Source: Candidatus Kaiserbacteria bacterium
Lineage (GTDB): Bacteria > Patescibacteriota > Minisyncoccia > Phycocordibacterales > Phycocordibacteraceae
NCBI GenBank assembly: GCA_016182485.1
Contig: JACPGH010000006.1
Location: 26,461-90,460 of the forward strand
Length of the DNA: 64,000 nucleotides
Direction: 5' to 3'
This document shows positions 40,702-49,950 of the stretch, piece by piece. Each line of letters begins with the position of its first letter. Position 1 is the stretch's first letter. Below the pieces are notes generated by a model. That model worked only from the letters and a program-made list of their open reading frames with translations. It was not told the DNA's origin and ran no database searches. Both the position numbers and the translations under genes were made by a program.

Positions 40702-42261
40702 ATGAATCCGTATTACGATGAAGCGATAGGAGATGCTCGAAAGGATTTTCTTCGGACTGATTCCCCGAAGACTCTTTTTATCGGAAACGGGATATTGGCT
40801 GCAGTGTATTTTCTCGTGTTAGCTTTCGTATTCCCTGTGGGAAATCCCGTGCTTTTCTTTTTGCTCGTGGTCGGAGAGATATTCCATATGTGGCAGGTAT
40901 TCACCTTTCTCTACACGGTTTGGGACACCGGATACCAGTCGCCGGCTTATAGAGGCTATGCGCCGGAAGTGGATGTTTTCATTACCATCGCGGGAGAACC
41001 GGTGGAGCTAGTGCGCAAAACCGTCGCAGCCGCTCGGGTTATGCGCTATCCGAATTTCACCGTGCACATTCTCAATGACGGCTTCGTCGCTGGAAAGGAG
41101 AACTGGCGAGAAGTCGAGGCGCTGGCGAAACAGCTCGGGGTAAATTGCATTACCCGCACCGTCGCGGGAGGCGCTAAAGCGGGAAATATCAACAATGCGC
41201 TCCGCTTCTCTAAGAGTCCTTTAATCGCGTGCTTCGATGCCGATCATGTGCCCCACTCGGATTTTTTGCTTAAAACTGTTCCGTATTTCGGCGACCCGAA
41301 GATGGGATTCGTACAGACGCCCCAATTCTATAAAAATCTCGGCGAGAATTACTTGACCCGCAGCTCGTGGGAACAGCAGGAACTTTTTTTCGGTCCGATC
41401 TGCAAGGGAAAGAACCGCCTGAATGCCGTTACCATGTGCGGAACCAATATGGTAATCCGCCGCTCGGCGCTCGAAGAAGTGGGCGGCATGTGTACGGAGT
41501 CTATCGCCGAAGATTTCATAACCGGTCTCCTGATGCACGGGCGGGGCTATCGCTCCGAGTACGTGCCCGAAGTCTTAGCCGAAGGGCTTGCGACCGAAGA
41601 TATGCTTTCATATTCAAAACAGCAGTTCCGCTGGGCGCGCGGCGCGCTTGACGTCATCTTCCGATGGAACCCGTTGTTCATGAGCGGGCTTACTACCGCC
41701 CAAAAGATTCAGTACCTCTCCTCCGCAAGCTTCTACCTGTCCGGCGCCATCGTTCTCCTCGACGCGCTTCTGCCGGTCACCTTCTTTTACACGGGGCTCG
41801 TGCCTGTCCATATATCAGGCATGCTCCTCGCCGCCGTCTTCCTTCCCTACTTATTCTGGACGCTGTACGTTATCCAGCGCTCGTCCAACTTCACCTTCAC
41901 TTTTTCCTCGCTCGGTTTTTCCATGGGCTCCTTCAATATCCATCTGCGCGCGCTCGCTTCCGCCGCCACGTTCCGCAAATCGGCGTTCGGCATCACGGCT
42001 AAGCGCCGGGTCGACGGAAATTTCTTGCCGCTCGTCAGCTGGCACATCGCGTATATCGCGCTCGTCGTCGTCGGAATCCCGGTCGCTATCGTACGCGAAG
42101 GCATATCGGCTTCGCTCCTTAATAACGGCGCCTGGGCGGTGATGAATTCCGCGGTTTTCATACCCATTATCCGCGCCGCCTGGCCGACAAGGATTGCGGG
42201 AACCGAATCGGAGCAGGTTCCGGCTAAGCAAAAGAGTCATGAAATCGTCGATCGCGATTAA
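40702..42261 (+). CDS. Cellulose-synthase-like processive GT2 (BcsA-like, no PilZ domain)
   Basis: KAGNIN, FDADH, VQTPQ, AED and QQFRW (QxxRW); ends shortly after the TM region. Confidence 0.88.
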   Translation: MNPYYDEAIGDARKDFLRTDSPKTLFIGNGILAAVYFLVLAFVFPVGNPVLFFLLVVGEIFHMWQVFTFLYTVWDTGYQSPAYRGYAPEVDVFITIAGEPVELVRKTVAAARVMRYPNFTVHILNDGFVAGKENWREVEALAKQLGVNCITRTVAGGAKAGNINNALRFSKSPLIACFDADHVPHSDFLLKTVPYFGDPKMGFVQTPQFYKNLGENYLTRSSWEQQELFFGPICKGKNRLNAVTMCGTNMVIRRSALEEVGGMCTESIAEDFITGLLMHGRGYRSEYVPEVLAEGLATEDMLSYSKQQFRWARGALDVIFRWNPLFMSGLTTAQKIQYLSSASFYLSGAIVLLDALLPVTFFYTGLVPVHISGMLLAAVFLPYLFWTLYVIQRSSNFTFTFSSLGFSMGSFNIHLRALASAATFRKSAFGITAKRRVDGNFLPLVSWHIAYIALVVVGIPVAIVREGISASLLNNGAWAVMNSAVFIPIIRAAWPTRIAGTESEQVPAKQKSHEIVDRD

Positions 42262-43780
42262 GACAAACGCGCAGGCCGCGCCGTGGCGAGTCGCGTTCGA
42301 GCGCTCCCCGGGATTGGTGCTTGCTGTCATCGCCATTGTACCGATACTGGCGGCGCGCTATTTCATCGGTGAGAGCCTTCGCCTTGATGAGGCGCAGAGC
42401 CTGTGGCAAGTGAGCCGGGATATCCGGGGAGTACTCGTTATCGTCGCCGGCGACGTGCACGTGCCGCTCTACCATCTCTTGCTGCACGGTTGGCTCTCTC
42501 TTTTCGGCAACTCTCTCACAGCCGCGCGTATTTTGTCGCTCCTTTTTTTCCTCCTCTCCATTCCTTTCGTGTATCTGCTCGGCAAGCGGGCATACTCAAG
42601 TACGACCGGATTACTGGCGGCGGCCTTCTTCGCATTCTCGCCGTTCATGAACTGGTACGCCAGCGAAGTCCGCATGTACACGCTTTTTGCATTCCTCACG
42701 ATCGTTAACCAGTACTTCTTCCTGCGCATCCTCGAGGAAGCGCGACCCCGCCTCGGGACATGGGCGGGATACGCGCTCTCGGCCGTCCTCGGCGTCTTCT
42801 CTCATTATTTCTTCTTTCTCAACTTGCTTGCCCAGGGAGCTTTCTTTTTGCTGCGCCGGAAGGCGTTCCCCCCGCGCACTGCGCTACGCTTCTCTTTGGT
42901 GGCCAGTTTTATTGCGATAGCCTTCGCCCCCTGGGCGTGGTACGTGCGGCTGCGCGGGGTGGCGGGTTTCCAAGAACCCATTCTCCTGCCTCCGAGCACC
43001 GTGGATCTCTTCAACGCTTTTTCCCAATTCCTCTTCGGCTTCCAGACCGACGTCATAAATACTGTTTTCCTTTCATTGTGGCCGCTCGCCGTGGTGCTCG
43101 GGATCGTCGCGCTTCGCCACTACCGGCGTTTCCTCCCTCAGACTGAGTTTCTTATAGCCGCCGTGCTTATTCCTTTTGGCGTCGCATTTATCGGCAGTCG
43201 TTTCATCACCCCTATTTTCGTGAGCCGCTATCTCGTGTTCACTCTGCCGGCGTTCTACCTCCTTCTGCTGCGGTTACTGTCTCTGTATCCGCGCCGATTC
43301 CAAATATTCGCGCAAGTTTCGCTCGCGGCGCTCATGCTGCTCGCTATAGGAATACAAGTGACGAACGCTCGGATCCCTGTCAAAGAGCAATATGCAAGCG
43401 CCGTGAGTTACGTCACGGCGCATGCTACGGCCCAGGATATCGTTCTCGTCTCTGCTCCGTTCACCATATATCCTGTCCAGTATTACTATCGCGGACCTGC
43501 GCCCGTACGCACGCTTCCAGCCTGGAATCAATATGAGTTCGGTCCCATCCCGGCGTTCTCGCCCGACGCCTTATCCGCAGAGGTAACCGGATTGACGCAG
43601 GATTATCAGAACGTGTACCTGCTCCTTTCGTATGATCAGGGGTACGAAGAAGTTATCAAACGGTACTTCGACTCGAATTATGAGCGGCTGTCCGCTCAAA
43701 ATTTTTCCGGTAGCCTGAATTTGTACGTATACCGGCTGAGATACAACACCAACGCCTCGGTGATCTCGACGCCTCTATAG
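42239..43780 (+). CDS. GT-C (GT39/PMT-like) glycosyltransferase
   Basis: LRLDEAQS, DVHVPLY, EVRMY and SRY motifs; many TMs. Confidence 0.8.
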   Translation: MKSSIAIKTNAQAAPWRVAFERSPGLVLAVIAIVPILAARYFIGESLRLDEAQSLWQVSRDIRGVLVIVAGDVHVPLYHLLLHGWLSLFGNSLTAARILSLLFFLLSIPFVYLLGKRAYSSTTGLLAAAFFAFSPFMNWYASEVRMYTLFAFLTIVNQYFFLRILEEARPRLGTWAGYALSAVLGVFSHYFFFLNLLAQGAFFLLRRKAFPPRTALRFSLVASFIAIAFAPWAWYVRLRGVAGFQEPILLPPSTVDLFNAFSQFLFGFQTDVINTVFLSLWPLAVVLGIVALRHYRRFLPQTEFLIAAVLIPFGVAFIGSRFITPIFVSRYLVFTLPAFYLLLLRLLSLYPRRFQIFAQVSLAALMLLAIGIQVTNARIPVKEQYASAVSYVTAHATAQDIVLVSAPFTIYPVQYYYRGPAPVRTLPAWNQYEFGPIPAFSPDALSAEVTGLTQDYQNVYLLLSYDQGYEEVIKRYFDSNYERLSAQNFSGSLNLYVYRLRYNTNASVISTPL

Positions 43781-45247
43781 TCCTGCGATTCCCGCGTTTT
43801 GCATGAGGCCGACGGCGTAGCTCGGCCACCAAGTCCCGGCGGAAGGGCCGCCGTTACAGGTCCCGTCCGATTCGCCCGGCACTTTAAGCCATAGGAAGGC
43901 GTCTACGCGCGCTCTGCCGGTATTCGTCGTCGGCCGATTCCCCACCGCGCGTCCCGCAGGATTACACCATTCCCCGTTACTGCCGTTGCCGTTCCTCGCG
44001 GTATCGATGACGAAATGCTTGCCGCCTGTTTTATCGCTTACCGCCGTGCCGTAGGCGATCTCATCGTCCGTACGTACGAAGTTAGAGACGTTTAAAGCGA
44101 AGCCGTCGGCTGCCGCGATTCCCGCGCGCGATAGACGATTAGCCATTGTTCCCGCGTCTATCCAGAGCGAGTGTCCGGCGTCGATATAGACTTTCGTACC
44201 CGAGTTTTTCTTCAGTACTGATACGGCATCAGAAAGGAGTGCCAAGCGCGCAGCTTGGTCATTCGAAGACAAGCATGTGATCTGCGCGAGCGAATCCGGC
44301 TCAAGAATTACGACTGCGCTGCCGTGCCCGATGCCGGCCGCGACCTCGCCGATCCACTGCTTATACGCGGACGGATTATTGGTACCGCCTGAAGAATATC
44401 CGCCACAGTCTCGCTGAGGGATGGCGTATGCTATGAAGGTCGGCACACTGCCGGCCGCTTGCGCCTTCTCGACGAGCGCGCGCACATCCTCTCCGACATT
44501 CGCGTTCCATTCGCCGAGCCACATCGCGGTCGGTTGCGCGGCAAGATACCGCATTTGGCTCGCTCCGGCCGGATTAGAGTACTGCCACTCGCGCGCCTGC
44601 CGCGCTGCTGCAGAGTCCGGATTGACATAGAATCTCGAGCCGGCGAGTGGATTCATGGATGTTACCGTAGACGACTGAGACGCAAGAGTCAGTGAAGAGA
44701 ATTCCACCGGCGCGGAAGCGAGCATTACAGGCTGCGATACCGGCGTTACCGGCGCAGTCTGAATTGTCGTAGGAGATATATTCGCGGACGGTGTGAAATC
44801 AGTAGCACGCTGGCTCGCGACCTGCGTACTCGGCGTCGGCGAACCGTTATCAGCGTAGATGGTTACGCGATACTGCGCGATGATAATGCCGTTCTTGCGC
44901 GCGATGAAGTTCACGACATAGGGGCCTTCGCCGCGCCAATTCCAGCCTCCGACATGTACCGAAGTTTCTTTATGCGGATAGTCTTTGTAATTGGAATCCA
45001 TCCAATTCCACTGGCCGCCGTCCACCTGCCAGAACATCTCGTATTGCGAGACATCGAGGCCGGGAACGAGCGCCTTAAAAGGCTGGGTCCCTGAAATACG
45101 GGCGCCTTGGGTAGGCCACCAGGTATTGATAACTTCAGCAGCATGCGCAGGAGCCGGGGTTATGAACGGCGCGCCTGTGAGAAGGATCAGCGCGGCGAGC
45201 AGTGCGATCGGGCCGCGCTTAGCGAGCACAATTAACGTATTCTTCAT
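43775..45247 (-). CDS. Secreted glycoside hydrolase family 6 with N-terminal Trp-rich module
   Basis: YAIPQRDC, ILEPDSL, YIDAGH, NVSNF, IDTARNG and KVPGESDG. Confidence 0.92.
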   Translation of the reverse strand: MKNTLIVLAKRGPIALLAALILLTGAPFITPAPAHAAEVINTWWPTQGARISGTQPFKALVPGLDVSQYEMFWQVDGGQWNWMDSNYKDYPHKETSVHVGGWNWRGEGPYVVNFIARKNGIIIAQYRVTIYADNGSPTPSTQVASQRATDFTPSANISPTTIQTAPVTPVSQPVMLASAPVEFSSLTLASQSSTVTSMNPLAGSRFYVNPDSAAARQAREWQYSNPAGASQMRYLAAQPTAMWLGEWNANVGEDVRALVEKAQAAGSVPTFIAYAIPQRDCGGYSSGGTNNPSAYKQWIGEVAAGIGHGSAVVILEPDSLAQITCLSSNDQAARLALLSDAVSVLKKNSGTKVYIDAGHSLWIDAGTMANRLSRAGIAAADGFALNVSNFVRTDDEIAYGTAVSDKTGGKHFVIDTARNGNGSNGEWCNPAGRAVGNRPTTNTGRARVDAFLWLKVPGESDGTCNGGPSAGTWWPSYAVGLMQNAGIAGL

Positions 45248-45381
45248 AGAACGGCGCCATCGTAAGCGCGTTCATTTTTCCCGTCAAGTGAATTAATCCC
45301 ACCTTAATTTGCTTGATTAAGAATATGTGAGGCCAATACCAAAAAGCCCACAAGCAGTGGGCTTTTTAGTTCCTTTTGTTG

Positions 45382-47340
45382 TTACTGCCCGAGGACCCAG
45401 AGTGTGATCGGCGTGTCAGTGAAGCTGTGTCCACCGTGGGCGGTTACGGTCAGATTGCCGCTCGTCCAATCCACTGGAACGACGAAACTGGAATCGTCGA
45501 AACTGCCGGTAGCGCTCGCAGTAAAGCTTGCAACTGGAGTCGAGGTCGAGCGGTCTGTCGTAACAGTTATAGGATCATTCGGCAGGTATCCGTTGCCAAG
45601 GAAACGTATCGGGCTGCCGGCAGCCACCGTATAACTCCCAAGCTGGAAATCAGTGTACACAGTCGCCAGCGTGAGGCTCGCGGAGGCGGCAACTCCCGTG
45701 TCCGCGCCAGTCGCGGTTATCGAGAGAGGCCCCGCGGGCGCGAACGGAATCGCAGTCGGCGCTGCCAGCTTGCCGGAAGCATCGGCGGTAACCGTATCGA
45801 AGACCGAGCTCGCGGTAGAGAGCGCGACCGATTCATTATTGCCGAATCCCGCCCCGAAGACTGTCAGTGGAGTGCCGCCGAAGGCATAATAATTATCGAA
45901 CCATATAGCCGGATTGCGCACTCCGAGCGCTATCCCGATAGTCTGCGCCGCTGTGCTTTGCATTCCGTTGAACGCTACGCTCGCAATGCCGCTCGCAGAT
46001 AACGGGACCTTAACCGTCACGCCGGAAAAACCGCCGGTAGCATCGGTAGTAGTCGTGGCCGAGCCTGCACCGCTAACCGCGACAGTTTCGTTCGCGCCGA
46101 ATCCCGTTCCGGAAAAAGTCACGGAATTGCCCGGGTACGTGAACCACGCATCGGGTGTGACGTTCGGATAATACTGCCCGATAGTCATTGTGAAATTCGC
46201 TGCGGCTTCAGAAAGATTCCCCTGAGCACGCACGAGAACAGTTGAATTCGGCGTCGCGGGCAAGGCAAAGGACATCGGCGGGAAATTGCCGAACGAATCG
46301 CTCGTGGTAGAACCGACAGATACGTCGTTCATCCACAGAGTTATTGGCTCGTTCCCCGCAAAACCGCTGCCGTCTACAGAAATCTGACTCGTCGGCGCGG
46401 CGTAGTAGGCGGAGGGGTTGAGCGAGGGATAAAAGCCAGCGAGCGTGATAGGGAGCGTGACGGAGGCGCCAGACTCGTCGCCGACGAAACGGTACTCCGC
46501 CGCCGTCGTACCGAATGGCAGATTGTATGGCCCGGCGGAGACAGCACCGGCTTCGCTAGCCGCAACATGTGCGATAGCGTCGGTGCTTGCCCCGTTGGAA
46601 ATCTGATTTCCAACGGGGCTCGTCGCAAGATAGATACTCACGCCCTCCCCCGGCCCGAAGCCAGTGGCGGAGAAACTGACGGGCGTGCCGGGAGCTGCGT
46701 ACCAGGTAGTGGGGGTAACGAGCGGGAAGAGATCTGAAACGGTAATAGTGATAGGAAAAGACGTGCTGCTCCGACTCCCTTTTAGCGTAAAAGTCGCTGA
46801 AGAGTTGCGCAGAGAGAACGGCACGACCATAGCGCCCGCGCTCGTAAAAGCTCCTGAGCCATCGGAGGGGAACGACGCTATCGTCGCGCCCTGCGAATCC
46901 GTTACCGTAATGTTTTCATTCGGCGCGAACCCCGAGCCGGCCCACGAGAGCGTGGAGCCGGGAGCGATGTACCAGGTATTGGGCGCGACTATCGGGAAGA
47001 AGGACTGAACGAATATGCCGGTAAACGCAACAAGCCCGGAGGTCTGCCCCACCGCTACGATGTAATACTGAGCAGATGGCAATGCCGGGATCGCGAGAGG
47101 TACGCTAGAAAACGCGCCCGCACTGTCTGCCGTCGAGTTCGCGGAGGAAAGACCGAACGAAATGAGAACAGACTCTCCAGGCTGGAAGCCGCTGCCTGCG
47201 ATCGAAAGCGTAGAAAAAGGCGTCGTAGAACTTCCCGTGAATGATATCACTGGAGTCGCCGCCACTGCGATTCCCGCGAATGGAATAACCGAGAGCATAG
47301 ATCCGAGCGCGACACCCAATGCAGGCTTTATGAATCGCAT
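45382..47340 (-). CDS. Large secreted protein with tandem Ig-like repeats
   Basis: Signal peptide and about 7 repeats of PG....GSGF.P/GNE.V/I. Start placed at MRFIK. Confidence 0.75.
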   Translation of the reverse strand: MRFIKPALGVALGSMLSVIPFAGIAVAATPVISFTGSSTTPFSTLSIAGSGFQPGESVLISFGLSSANSTADSAGAFSSVPLAIPALPSAQYYIVAVGQTSGLVAFTGIFVQSFFPIVAPNTWYIAPGSTLSWAGSGFAPNENITVTDSQGATIASFPSDGSGAFTSAGAMVVPFSLRNSSATFTLKGSRSSTSFPITITVSDLFPLVTPTTWYAAPGTPVSFSATGFGPGEGVSIYLATSPVGNQISNGASTDAIAHVAASEAGAVSAGPYNLPFGTTAAEYRFVGDESGASVTLPITLAGFYPSLNPSAYYAAPTSQISVDGSGFAGNEPITLWMNDVSVGSTTSDSFGNFPPMSFALPATPNSTVLVRAQGNLSEAAANFTMTIGQYYPNVTPDAWFTYPGNSVTFSGTGFGANETVAVSGAGSATTTTDATGGFSGVTVKVPLSASGIASVAFNGMQSTAAQTIGIALGVRNPAIWFDNYYAFGGTPLTVFGAGFGNNESVALSTASSVFDTVTADASGKLAAPTAIPFAPAGPLSITATGADTGVAASASLTLATVYTDFQLGSYTVAAGSPIRFLGNGYLPNDPITVTTDRSTSTPVASFTASATGSFDDSSFVVPVDWTSGNLTVTAHGGHSFTDTPITLWVLGQ

Positions 47341-47399
47341 GGCAGTAACGTTTATGAATAGTGGTCTATATATACAATGAAGCGGTTTAACTTCGTATG

Positions 47400-47570
47400 A
47401 AAAATGAAAGCTCCCCGCCAGCGAAGACGGGGAGCGAGAGGAGCGACGGCAGGAAGGAGGTGAACCTGCCGCCGCTCCAAGATGCGGACATAGCCGGTCC
47501 GCAACGGCCGCCGGAACTTCAAATCCCTCCGGCGCGGAAAGGACAGGAAGTACTTTCGTTCGCACATCTT
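47400..47570 (-). ncRNA. Candidate sRNA with three hairpins plus terminator; one loop carries the anti-SD sequence UCACCUCCUU
   Basis: Promoter TTGACA-16-TATGCT (47603-47576). Hairpins at 47509-47534, 47483-47503 and 47440-47478; terminator at 47410-47435 followed by a U-rich tract. Confidence 0.55.
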
Positions 47571-47618
47571 TTAATAGCATACACCTGATGCCTATCCTGT
47601 CAAGCCCTGGGAGTGAGG

Positions 47619-47849
47619 CTATTTTTGCATCAACTCTGCCAGTTCCGCGCGGTATTTTTTCATTACCTCTAGGGCAGCCTTGGTCTCGCTCTCCCCGCCC
47701 TTCTTACGGCGCTCTATTTCTTCGCCTATTTTCTTGAATAGCTGGGGGTCCTTGGAGACCAGTTCGGTCATCTGCTCGCGCTGGGCCTCCGGCATGCCCT
47801 TCAGCTTCCACTTCGCGTACTGCTTAATTAAAAAGCTTTGTATAGACAT
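47619..47849 (-). CDS. Small helical hypothetical protein
   Basis: Clean 76-aa ORF, KDPQLFKKIGEEI. Confidence 0.65.
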   Translation of the reverse strand: MSIQSFLIKQYAKWKLKGMPEAQREQMTELVSKDPQLFKKIGEEIERRKKGGESETKAALEVMKKYRAELAELMQK

Positions 47850-47981
47850 GGTTCTATTTTCTATATTCTATCCCATATCCCATTTATGCGATACTCACAG
47901 CCCCGCCAGCCCTAGAGACAAACGGCCTATCCTATGCTATATACTGAGGCGGTGAATTAGCATTATGAAATAACACCAAAT

Positions 47982-48236
47982 ATGGCAAGACAATTAAATC
48001 CAGCCCTCTCAAAACCGCTAACCCTCTCGCCCGAATTAGAGGCGGTGGTAGGCGCAGGCCCTATGCCGCGCTCCGAGGTCGTGAAAAAATTGTGGGAGTA
48101 CATCAAGCAGCACAACCTCCAGAACCCTCAAAATAAGAGGAACATCCTCGCCGACGACAAATTGAAAGCCATATTTGGCAAGGGAGAAGTGACGATGTTC
48201 GAGATGACGAAGCTCGTCTCGGGCCACATGAAATAA
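47982..48236 (+). CDS. SWIB/MDM2-domain protein
   Basis: LSPELEAVVG..MPRSEVVKKLWEYIKQHNLQNP and MFEM. Confidence 0.9.
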   Translation: MARQLNPALSKPLTLSPELEAVVGAGPMPRSEVVKKLWEYIKQHNLQNPQNKRNILADDKLKAIFGKGEVTMFEMTKLVSGHMK

Positions 48237-48267
48237 AACAGGCCTTAGGCTCTAGGCTCTAGCAAAG

Positions 48268-48297
48268 GCAAACCGCCTCTGAGGCGGTTTGCGTTTT
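48268..48297. terminator. Bidirectional terminator between convergent genes
   Basis: gcaaaaccgcctctgaggcggtttgc hairpin (7-bp core aaccgcc/ggcggtt) followed by a T run. Confidence 0.7.
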
Positions 48298-48766
48298 ATA
48301 GCGGCAGAGGCAAACCCCGCTTCCAACTGAATGACTTGAGTACCCGCGGCATTGGGCCCGGCCCGCGTCCGATTAGCAGGATATTGGCGCGCGCCGGGTC
48401 GAGCCGTTCGATGAGCCGGCGCACGAGCAGCCTCGCGGCGCGGGTGTTATCGCGCGAATAGTTGCAGAGTTGCGCCTCGCCGTTGATATGCATCTCTTTA
48501 GGCCAGGTCTCGGCGCGGGCGAAATTGATCACCGAGAGCCGGTTATGGGATTCTTCAAGCGAGTGGAACGACGTCGCCGGCCCGGCCTCCTTCGACTCCC
48601 ACACATCGAGCACCCCCGTGCGCCGGTGCATGTTGACCTCGGCGATTATCTTACTCACTTCTTTATGGAGCAGTTTCGGCGATAGCGCGATGCGTGCGTT
48701 ACTACGCTTGTCCAAATACAAGTCATAGACGATAAGCGTACTTCCACATTCCTTCTTGCTTTTCAT
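48296..48766 (-). CDS. Hypothetical protein
   Basis: 156-aa ORF with no recognised motif. Confidence 0.5.
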   Translation of the reverse strand: MKSKKECGSTLIVYDLYLDKRSNARIALSPKLLHKEVSKIIAEVNMHRRTGVLDVWESKEAGPATSFHSLEESHNRLSVINFARAETWPKEMHINGEAQLCNYSRDNTRAARLLVRRLIERLDPARANILLIGRGPGPMPRVLKSFSWKRGLPLPL

Positions 48767-48872
48767 CTGATTTATCTTTAGAGAAATTTGCCTTTAACTT
48801 TTATGCACAATAGCAAACTCTCGCAGAATTTTCAGTGCCGAAACGAAAAAGTGTGTATAAATTCCAAACTGG

Positions 48873-49379
48873 CTATTCGATACAGACTTGAATACCGGCA
48901 TCCGCTGCGCCAAGTATTTCCAATAAATCTACTTTCGAGAGCGCAACGCAGCCGGCCGTCGGCGTATATGCCTCCCGCGCTACGTGCATGAATATCGCAC
49001 TTCCCTTTCCTGCCACGGGAGGATCGTTGTATCCGAGAACGACTATTAAGTCATAGAGATCATCTTGTCTCCACAATTCCTCATGCGAGCCGCTATATGG
49101 AAGCTTAACGAGTGTATTGTACTCAGGCAGCGCCACATCATCGCTCCAGCCGTCATCAGGAGAAAGAGGCCGCGTCGGTAACACCGTATGTGGCGGCTTC
49201 TCGAACTTGTCGGGCCGGTAGAGAACTTCTCGGATCGCAAAGCAACCCTGCGGCGTCGCACCATCGCCTTCCCTCTTATCTGTCCGTACGCCGCCTTTTC
49301 CTAACGCGCATCGATACTCTTTCCCGTTGAAAAGAAGTTTGCCTTCTGCGCGCACCAGAATGTCGCTATTTCCCGGCAT
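48873..49379 (-). CDS. L,D-transpeptidase (YkuD-like) domain protein
   Basis: KREGDGATP.G and GSAIFMH...PTAGCVAL. Start placed at MPGNS. Confidence 0.85.
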   Translation of the reverse strand: MPGNSDILVRAEGKLLFNGKEYRCALGKGGVRTDKREGDGATPQGCFAIREVLYRPDKFEKPPHTVLPTRPLSPDDGWSDDVALPEYNTLVKLPYSGSHEELWRQDDLYDLIVVLGYNDPPVAGKGSAIFMHVAREAYTPTAGCVALSKVDLLEILGAADAGIQVCIE

Positions 49380-49384
49380 TGTTG

Positions 49385-49457
49385 TGGACCCTAGGGGGAT
49401 CGAACCCCTCACCTCATCCATGCCATGGATGCGCTCTACCAAATGAGCTAAGGGCCC
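49385..49457 (-). tRNA. tRNA-Ala(GGC)
   Basis: Cloverleaf, CATCC-ATGGCAT-GGATG anticodon arm, G3:U70 pair. Confidence 0.95.
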
Positions 49458-49458
49458 G

Positions 49459-49531
49459 TCGGGCCGCTGGGAATCGAACCCAGTCTACACGCACCCGCGA
49501 AGCGTGTGTACTACCGGCATACTCCGGCCCG
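49459..49531 (-). tRNA. tRNA-Pro (CGG-like) with a 9-nt anticodon loop
   Basis: Body nearly identical to tRNA-Pro(GGG) at 49666; loop TTCGCGGGT. Confidence 0.75.
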
Positions 49532-49532
49532 G

Positions 49533-49606
49533 TGGGCGGTACAGGATTCGGACCTGTGACCTTACGCGTGTGAAGCGTACGCTCTAACCAACTGAGCTAA
49601 CCGCCC
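49533..49606 (-). tRNA. tRNA-Val(CAC)
   Basis: TACGC-TTCACAC-GCGTA anticodon arm; variant T loop TCCGAAT. Confidence 0.92.
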
Positions 49607-49665
49607 TCTACGCTCCGCCAGTTGAAGAGCGTATTCAAACTGTACCAAATTTTATTGTATCCCGC

Positions 49666-49736
49666 TCGGGCCGCCGGGAATCGAACCCGGTCTACATCCA
49701 CCCCATGGACGCGTACTACCGGCATACTCCGGCCCG
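49666..49736 (-). tRNA. tRNA-Pro(GGG)
   Basis: C1:G72 acceptor, CGTCC-ATGGGGT-GGATG anticodon arm. Confidence 0.93.
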
Positions 49737-49847
49737 CCTTCGCCTCGCCATAGCTCGGCTTCGGCGGGCAAAGCCCGTTTTTCTGCCGAGCGTCGGCGGG
49801 TTATGTTCACTATACACGAATCGTGTTAGAATCGCCTCGTATAAAAA

Positions 49848-49920
49848 GGGCCATTAGCTCAGTTGGTAGAGCGCGTCATTCGCATTGACGAGGTCAGCGG
49901 TTCGAATCCGCTATGGTCCA
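49848..49920 (+). tRNA. tRNA-Ala(CGC)
   Basis: CGTCA-TTCGCAT-TGACG anticodon arm, G3:U70 pair. Confidence 0.94.
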
Positions 49921-49950
49921 CTCGCGAATTTCGGGTGGTATCATTAATTC

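Noticed and set aside
47341-47580. N-terminal extension of the 732-aa ORF, and plus-strand ORF 47397-47588 as a type I toxin
   Set aside because: The signal peptide begins at MRFIK (47340). The upstream region is structured-RNA-like, and the plus-strand peptide is not hydrophobic.
49380-49442. N-terminal extension of the 48873-49442 ORF
   Set aside because: It overlaps tRNA-Ala(GGC); the real start is more likely 49379.
49533-49606. tRNA-Val(CAC) as a pseudogene because of the TCCGAAT T loop
   Set aside because: All stems are intact; a single T-loop variant is insufficient evidence.
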